A stretch of 56,321 nt of DNA from Acidobacteriota bacterium (GTDB lineage Bacteria; Acidobacteriota; Vicinamibacteria; Vicinamibacterales; JAMQPK01): assembly GCA_031395755.1 (NCBI GenBank), contig JANNJO010000029.1, positions 1-56,321 on the forward strand, written 5' to 3'. This document shows, one piece after another, positions 50,272-56,321 of the stretch. Below the pieces are notes generated by a model that was not told where the DNA came from, did not search any database, and saw only the letters and a list, made by a program, of their open reading frames with translations. Position numbers and translations under genes: made by a program. Position 1 is the first letter of the stretch, and each line of letters opens with the position of its first letter.

Positions 50272-51624
50272 TTAGTCCTCGATCACATACGCGTCGCTGA
50301 ACGCAGCCATCTCGTGCAGCCGGACGGCTTCGGCTTTCGCCTCCGCCAGCGTCGCGAACGTGCCTACCAGCACGCGGCGCCATTCGCCTCGCGCGCGCAA
50401 ATCCACGTCCTCCAGCCGGACATCGTAGCCCTGGCCCTGCAGCTGCCGCAACGCGGCCTCGAGCCGCGCACTCGCCGCTGAGTCGGCGCGCGACACGTCC
50501 GCCATCGGAATCGAGGCCGCGAGTACCGAATATCGTGGTGCCGGCTGTTCCGCCGCCGGCGTCAATTGTTCCGGCGCCGGCGCGGGGGCGGCGTCAACGG
50601 ACGCTGCGGCCGGAACAGGCGCCTCCACGTGAAACGTCTCCGGCGCAGGCGCTTCCGTATCAGCAGTGGCCGAGGCACGGAGAACGGGCGCCACGAAGCT
50701 ACCCGCCACGGCTAGCGAGACCGTCGCACCTGCTGCGGCAACCACCACCGAGGCGCGGCGGCGAAACCAGCCGAAGCGTGAAGGCCGGTCTTCGACCAGC
50801 TCGAGATTCTCGGCGGCCTGATACACCATGTCCGGCGACACACGGTTGGCGCGTGCGGAGTACGCCGCGAGCAGCGAGCGATCGCACACGAGGTTCACCA
50901 GCCGCGGAATGCCGCCCGTCCGCCGGTGCACCATGTCGAGCGCCTTCGGCTGGAACGTCACCGACGCGGATCCGCCGGCGATCATCAGACGATGAGACAC
51001 ATACGACGCCACTTCGTCGCGGGTCAACGGGCGCAGCTGATAGCGGATGGAGACGCGCTGATCGAGCTGGCGCATCTGCGGCGCCTTCAGCAGCGGCTGA
51101 AGGTTCAGCTGTCCCACGAGCACGATCTGCAGCAGCTTGTCCTTGTCGGTCTCGAGGTTCGACAGGATGCGAATCTGCTCGAGCACGGGGATCGGGAGGT
51201 TCTGCGCTTCGTCGATGATCAGCACGGCGGTGGCGCGCAGGGGCAGCAGGCTGAGCAGAAAATCGTAGATGGCCTCGATCAGCTCCTGCTTGCTGACGTT
51301 CGCGAGGCGGCCTCGCTTGACGTCTTCGCGTGACACGACGCCGAAGTCCTGCAGAATCAGCTTCAGCAGATCTTCCTCGGAAAGGAACGGGTTCAGCACG
51401 AGCGCCGTGAACGTGTTCCTGTCGATCTCCTCCAGCAGCACGCGGCAGAGAGTGGTCTTGCCGGTGCCGATGTCGCCGGTGATGACGACGAACCCTTCGC
51501 GGCGGCGAACGGCGTACTGAAGCAGCTCGTACGCATTGGCGTGCGACTCGCTCTTGAAGAGATACTTTGGGTCCGGCGTCAGGCTGAACGGCTTTTCGGT
51601 GAACCCGTAATAGTCTTCGTACAT
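50272..51624 (-). CDS. ExeA/GspA/MshM-like AAA+ ATPase with a TM segment and a C-terminal SPOR domain
   Basis: YYGFTEKPFSLTPDPKYLF, Walker A GDIGTGKTT, Walker B LIIDEAQNL. TM VVVAAAGATVSLAVAGSF. The C-terminus YSVLAASIP...GYDVRLEDVDLRARGEWRRVLVGTFATLAEAKAEAVRL fits a SPOR fold pattern. Confidence 0.75.
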   Translation of the reverse strand: MYEDYYGFTEKPFSLTPDPKYLFKSESHANAYELLQYAVRRREGFVVITGDIGTGKTTLCRVLLEEIDRNTFTALVLNPFLSEEDLLKLILQDFGVVSREDVKRGRLANVSKQELIEAIYDFLLSLLPLRATAVLIIDEAQNLPIPVLEQIRILSNLETDKDKLLQIVLVGQLNLQPLLKAPQMRQLDQRVSIRYQLRPLTRDEVASYVSHRLMIAGGSASVTFQPKALDMVHRRTGGIPRLVNLVCDRSLLAAYSARANRVSPDMVYQAAENLELVEDRPSRFGWFRRRASVVVAAAGATVSLAVAGSFVAPVLRASATADTEAPAPETFHVEAPVPAAASVDAAPAPAPEQLTPAAEQPAPRYSVLAASIPMADVSRADSAASARLEAALRQLQGQGYDVRLEDVDLRARGEWRRVLVGTFATLAEAKAEAVRLHEMAAFSDAYVIED

Positions 51625-51633
51625 ATCGTTCTC

Positions 51634-53112
51634 CTAACGAACGCGTTCCAGCTCTTTGGCGACAGACGGCGCCACGCGCGCGGGGGTCATGATCGTCGGC
51701 GTCAGCAGAATCACGAGATCGGTCTTGCGGCGGCTCATCGTCTCGCCGCGGAAGATGGCGCCGATTCCCGGCAGGTCGCCGAGGAACGGCACCTTTCGTA
51801 CCTCGCGGCGCAGCCGCTCCTCCATCAGGCCTGCAATGACGATCGTTTCCTTTTCGTGAACGCGCACCATCGTGTCCGCCTCGCGCACGCTGAGAATCGG
51901 CACCGTGTCCCCGAACCGCGAGGTGGCCTGACCCGTCCGCTCGGTCAGACTCGGCGTGATGCTCATGTTGATCATGCCGTCGCTTGAGATCTGTGGCGTG
52001 ACGCTCAGCACGACCCCCTCCGTAATCGCCTGCGGCTCGACCGTCGTCTGAAGAATCCGTCCCGACACGCCGTCGGTCTGCGTTGTCGTCCTGAAGAACA
52101 CGTCCTGCGTGCCGACACGCATGATGGCGGGCTCGTTGTTGAGCGCGTTCACGGTCGGGCTGGCCATGACGTTGACTTTTCCTTGCGTGGCAAACGCGTT
52201 GAGGAGCCCGGTGAAGTCCTTGATGTTGAGGCCCGCGGTGAAGGTGCCGCCAGAGGTCGGCACGACGTTCTGCGTCAGCGATACCGCGTCGCCTGCGCGC
52301 TCGATGACGAGACTCCAGTTGATGCCGGCCGAGAACTCGTCGCTGAGCGTCACCTCGATGACCTTCGCCTGGATCTGCACCTGGCGCGTCGCGCGGTTCT
52401 GCACGGCTTCGAGATAGAGCTGGATCTGATCGAGCCGGTCTGGATAGTCGGTGGCCTGCAGCAAGGCCGCCTTCTTGTCCATGTTGAAGCGCCCGTCGGG
52501 CGACAGCAGCGTCTGCACACCGGCAGACACGTCGCTGAAGATGTCGCCGTTGTCCGAGCCGGTGACCTCCGCCGAGCTCCCCTGGCCGCCGGCCTGCGTT
52601 CCCGGATTCATTCCCGACGCGCCTGACGGCGTAATGGAGTTCGAGGCGGCCAGCGTGCGCGACCCCGAGCGGCGTGTCACGACGTAGTTCAGGTCGAAGC
52701 GGCGTGTTTCAAATCGGCGCTTGAACACGCGGATGACGTTCCCCTGCATCGAGTAGTCGAAACCATGCGGCTGCAGGATCATCTCGAGCGCCTGACGCAG
52801 GGTGACATCTTTGAGGTCGCCGCGAAACGTGCCCTGCACGTCCGGGTCGGGCACGACGCTGAGCCTCGTGTCCCGAACGAGCATGAGCAGCAGATCGGTG
52901 ATGGGCGTCGAATCGGAAAGCGTGATCGTGACAGGACGCGTACTGTCGAGATCGCTTCCCTGCTGGCGCTCGTCGAGTTGGGTCACCGCGAGCGGCCGAA
53001 GCGGCGTCTGGCTGGTTTGGGCCGGCGGCGCCGGCACCTGAGCGGCGCCCTGGACGGTTGCCATGAGCAGCACCGCCACCGCGCCGATGCGGATCCGCCG
53101 AATCACAAACAC
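51634..53112 (-). CDS. secretin (GspD/PilQ/MshL family)
   Basis: Signal peptide. Secretin C-domain VMASPTVNALNNEPAIMRVGTQ, VLSVTPQIS, VPFLGDLPGIGAIFR, DLVILLTPTI. Confidence 0.85.
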   Translation of the reverse strand: MFVIRRIRIGAVAVLLMATVQGAAQVPAPPAQTSQTPLRPLAVTQLDERQQGSDLDSTRPVTITLSDSTPITDLLLMLVRDTRLSVVPDPDVQGTFRGDLKDVTLRQALEMILQPHGFDYSMQGNVIRVFKRRFETRRFDLNYVVTRRSGSRTLAASNSITPSGASGMNPGTQAGGQGSSAEVTGSDNGDIFSDVSAGVQTLLSPDGRFNMDKKAALLQATDYPDRLDQIQLYLEAVQNRATRQVQIQAKVIEVTLSDEFSAGINWSLVIERAGDAVSLTQNVVPTSGGTFTAGLNIKDFTGLLNAFATQGKVNVMASPTVNALNNEPAIMRVGTQDVFFRTTTQTDGVSGRILQTTVEPQAITEGVVLSVTPQISSDGMINMSITPSLTERTGQATSRFGDTVPILSVREADTMVRVHEKETIVIAGLMEERLRREVRKVPFLGDLPGIGAIFRGETMSRRKTDLVILLTPTIMTPARVAPSVAKELERVR

Positions 53113-53182
53113 TACGAGCGCACTCCCACGACAGATATTTCGGTCCTTCGAGAGCTAAACGATAGGAAGCGGAGGACTTTAT

Positions 53183-53256
53183 GGGGTTCAGGGGTTGGGG
53201 ATTAGGGATTGGGGATTAGGGATTAGGGATTAGGGACTAGGGCTTAGGGATTAGGG
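53183..53256. repeat. tandem heptamer array, (GGGATTR)n, about 10.5 units, one-armed
   Basis: The units are GGGGTTCA GGGGTTG GGGATTA GGGATTG GGGATTA GGGATTA GGGATTA GGGACTA GGGCTTA GGGATTA GGG. There are eleven G3-4 runs with 4-nt spacers. No complementary arm lies nearby. It sits between the ino1 stop (53304) and the secretin start (53112). Confidence 0.9.
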
Positions 53257-53303
53257 CTGCACAGGATTACCCGCAGGTGCACGCCGTCTACAAAGCACCC
53301 CGC

Positions 53304-54623
<1,320 letters not shown>

Positions 54624-54639
54624 CTATATCATTGTTGCC

Positions 54640-55209
54640 ATGGGAATCTTCCGCAGAGGCGGAGGTAAGCATGCCCTGGCCGTGGCGATGGCCGGCGTCA
54701 CTCTCGGCGATCGTTTGTTGAATATCGGCTGCACCGATGCGTCGCTGCTCGGCGCGCTGATCGCGAAAGTCGGCCTCAGCGGGCGCGCGTGCGCAGTCGT
54801 TCCGAACGAGACGGAAGCGTCGCGTGCGCGACGCGGCGCGGAGGAGGCAGGTGCCCTGCTCGAGATCGAGACCGGACACCTCGACACGTTTCCGTTCGAA
54901 GACGCCGCATTCAATTTGATCGTCATCGATAACCAGGAAGGGCTGGTGTCGAGGGTGCGGCCGGAGCAACGCGTGGCGATACTGCAGCAGGCGTTCCGCA
55001 CCCTCGCTCCCCGCGGCCGCATCATCATCATCGAGCGCGCACCGCGCGCGGGCCTCGGCGCCCTGTTCAGGTCGCCGGATTCCATGGCAATCGATCCGCA
55101 TTACCAGTCCTCAGGCGGGGCGATCGCCGCCCTGCAGGCGGAAGGCTTCCGCGCAGCCAGGTCGCTGGCGGACCGTGACGGCCTGTCCTTCTTCGAAGGC
55201 GTACGTTAG
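54640..55209 (+). CDS. class I SAM-dependent methyltransferase-like protein
   Basis: Start at MGIFRRGG (ORF track 54391 overlaps ino1). RLLNIGCTDASLLGALI is a degenerate motif I. FPFEDAAFNLIVI and LAPRGRIIIIE are post-I/II-type motifs. Confidence 0.55.
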   Translation: MGIFRRGGGKHALAVAMAGVTLGDRLLNIGCTDASLLGALIAKVGLSGRACAVVPNETEASRARRGAEEAGALLEIETGHLDTFPFEDAAFNLIVIDNQEGLVSRVRPEQRVAILQQAFRTLAPRGRIIIIERAPRAGLGALFRSPDSMAIDPHYQSSGGAIAALQAEGFRAARSLADRDGLSFFEGVR

Positions 55210-55240
55210 CGGGGACACTCCCGCAATAACTCCCTTTTTT
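55209..55240 (+). terminator. weak intrinsic-terminator candidate after the methyltransferase gene
   Basis: GCGGGG-acac-TCCCGC stem-loop at 55209..55224, then a T6 run at 55235..55240. The 10-nt gap between stem and T-run is longer than canonical. Confidence 0.25.
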
Positions 55241-55305
55241 CCAACCAATTCGCTCGATAAGTACGGCAAGGCTTTTGCCTCTCAGTTGGGTAGGCATATC
55301 CCTAC

Positions 55306-56321
55306 ATGGCATTGACACCGAAGAACCCACCAGTGGACGTGTATTCGCTCAGCGAAATCGCGCAGGCGGCCGGCGTCCCGCTACCGCGCGTCGAGGCACT
55401 GGTGGCGGAGGGGAAGGTCACGCCAATAACTCTGGGCCTGGGGGTTGGCTACTTCGCCCCCGATCAGGCCATTGCGGCCGTGCGCTCGCTTCGCGCCGAC
55501 GGCGGCCGCAGCGCGGCGATGCTCTTTGACACTCAACCGGAGTTCGTCCACGCGTCTCCACGGCTGCCGATTGCCGTGTCGAGCGCCGTTCACGCCGGCA
55601 TTGCGGCTTCGCTCATCTTGCTCAGCACGATCGGCCTGCCGCAGGCAGCCGAGCCCGAACGCGTCCGCCTCGAGCCTGTGACCACACGCCTGGTGTTCAT
55701 TGCCACGCCTGGTCCGGGTGGTGGCGGAGGCGGAGGCGGCCTTCGCCAGAAAGCGCCTCCACCCCGCGCGGAGCGCAAGGGCAAGTCATCGCTCAGCAGC
55801 CCTGTTCCCGTTCGGAAAGCGCCGAAGCCCATCGAGGCCGCGCCGCTGCCGGAACCGCCGCCGCCGCCCGTGGCGAAGCCGGAGCCGCTCCCGCCGGTCG
55901 TCGCACCGGTCGCGACTGTGGCGGCGAACGAGCAGGACCGTCCGGGCGTCATCGACACGCCGGCGGCGAAAGACAGCACCAGCCGCGGACCGGGCGTGGG
56001 CGGTGGCGTCGGCACGGGAAAGGGCACCGGTCTCGGAAGCGGCGACGGAACAGGCATCGGTGACGGCTCCGGTGGCGGCATGGGCGGAGGCCCGTATCGT
56101 CCCGGGAGCGGCATCAGACCGCCGCGGCTGCTCAGAGAAGTGAAGGCCGGTTACACGGAAGAAGCCCGCGTCAGAAACCTCGAAGGCGAAGTCGTGCTGG
56201 AGATCGTCGTGCGCCGCGATGGATCGGTGAGCGACGTCAAGCTCATCAGCGGGCTTCCAAGCGGATTGAACGAACGCGCCATCGCTGCCGTGCGACAGTG
56301 GCGGTTTTCGCCGGCCACGAG
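55306..56321 (+). CDS. tonB: TonB family energy transducer, 3' end outside the window
   Basis: My own translation from ATG 55306 has no stop before the window end. It shows one TM (IAVSSAVHAGIAASLILL), Pro-rich PLPEPPPPPVAKPEPLPPVV, a Gly-rich tract, and the TonB C-terminal domain PPRLLREVKAGYTEEARVRNLEGEVVLEIVVRRDGSVSDVKLISGL...AIAAVRQWRFSPAT. It is absent from the ORF track because it is open-ended. Confidence 0.8.
   Translation, partial: MALTPKNPPVDVYSLSEIAQAAGVPLPRVEALVAEGKVTPITLGLGVGYFAPDQAIAAVRSLRADGGRSAAMLFDTQPEFVHASPRLPIAVSSAVHAGIAASLILLSTIGLPQAAEPERVRLEPVTTRLVFIATPGPGGGGGGGGLRQKAPPPRAERKGKSSLSSPVPVRKAPKPIEAAPLPEPPPPPVAKPEPLPPVVAPVATVAANEQDRPGVIDTPAAKDSTSRGPGVGGGVGTGKGTGLGSGDGTGIGDGSGGGMGGGPYRPGSGIRPPRLLREVKAGYTEEARVRNLEGEVVLEIVVRRDGSVSDVKLISGLPSGLNERAIAAVRQWRFSPAT

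Noticed and set aside
53183-53256. CRISPR array, or eukaryotic telomere contamination
   Set aside because: The units are 7 nt with no spacers, so this is not CRISPR. The flanking genes are bacterial and contiguous, and the same unit family forms the hairpin at 39874..39939, so it is native.
55590-56114. 174-aa P/G-rich minus-strand ORF
   Set aside because: It is antisense to the open-ended TonB gene, whose C-terminal domain is unmistakable in the plus frame.

Overview
High-GC bacterial chromosomal window. The CarboxypepD_reg outer-membrane proteins and the gene content look Acidobacteria-like, but that is an inference. Most of it is densely packed housekeeping genes, with two accessory-looking blocks.

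Gene order:
- A partial RAYT (IS200-like HUH transposase) with a perfect REP-like hairpin.
- A long minus-strand purine operon: M16 peptidase, purB, purS, purQ, purL, purF, a secreted HEAT-repeat protein, then purM.
- rlmN, then mtaB-purE-purD.
- rpsU plus a zinc-ribbon gene.
- A frameshifted remnant of a UbiA-type prenyltransferase.
- A glycosylation island of about 12 kb: DUF362, an unknown protein with a poly-Arg tail, five GT4 paralogs, a GT-C membrane transferase, fcl, and a GT2 fusion.
- A PDZ/GAF/PAS histidine kinase with a sigma-54 response regulator.
- A plug-less outer-membrane barrel with a secreted partner.
- glgC-eno-gpmI.
- A methylmalonyl-CoA mutase catalytic subunit.
- Three ABC ATPases without permeases.
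- An MSHA/T2SS-like secretin cluster (secretin, ExeA-SPOR, GspB-TPR, PilM-N fusion, PilO-P fusion) with acetyl-CoA synthetase wedged inside it.
- ino1, a methyltransferase, and a partial TonB.

No rRNA, tRNA or CRISPR was seen.

The most unusual signal is not a gene. It is a set of structures built from tandem 7-nt units. The unit sequence differs at each locus, but the arm-loop-arm layout is the same.
- Three sit at gene boundaries.
- One encloses a truncated four-helix-bundle (23S-IVS/Avd family) gene.
- One is inserted in frame inside acs.
- One is a one-armed, G-quadruplex-prone (GGGATTR)n array upstream of the secretin operon.

All functional calls come from reading the translated ORFs by eye. 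No database search was run.
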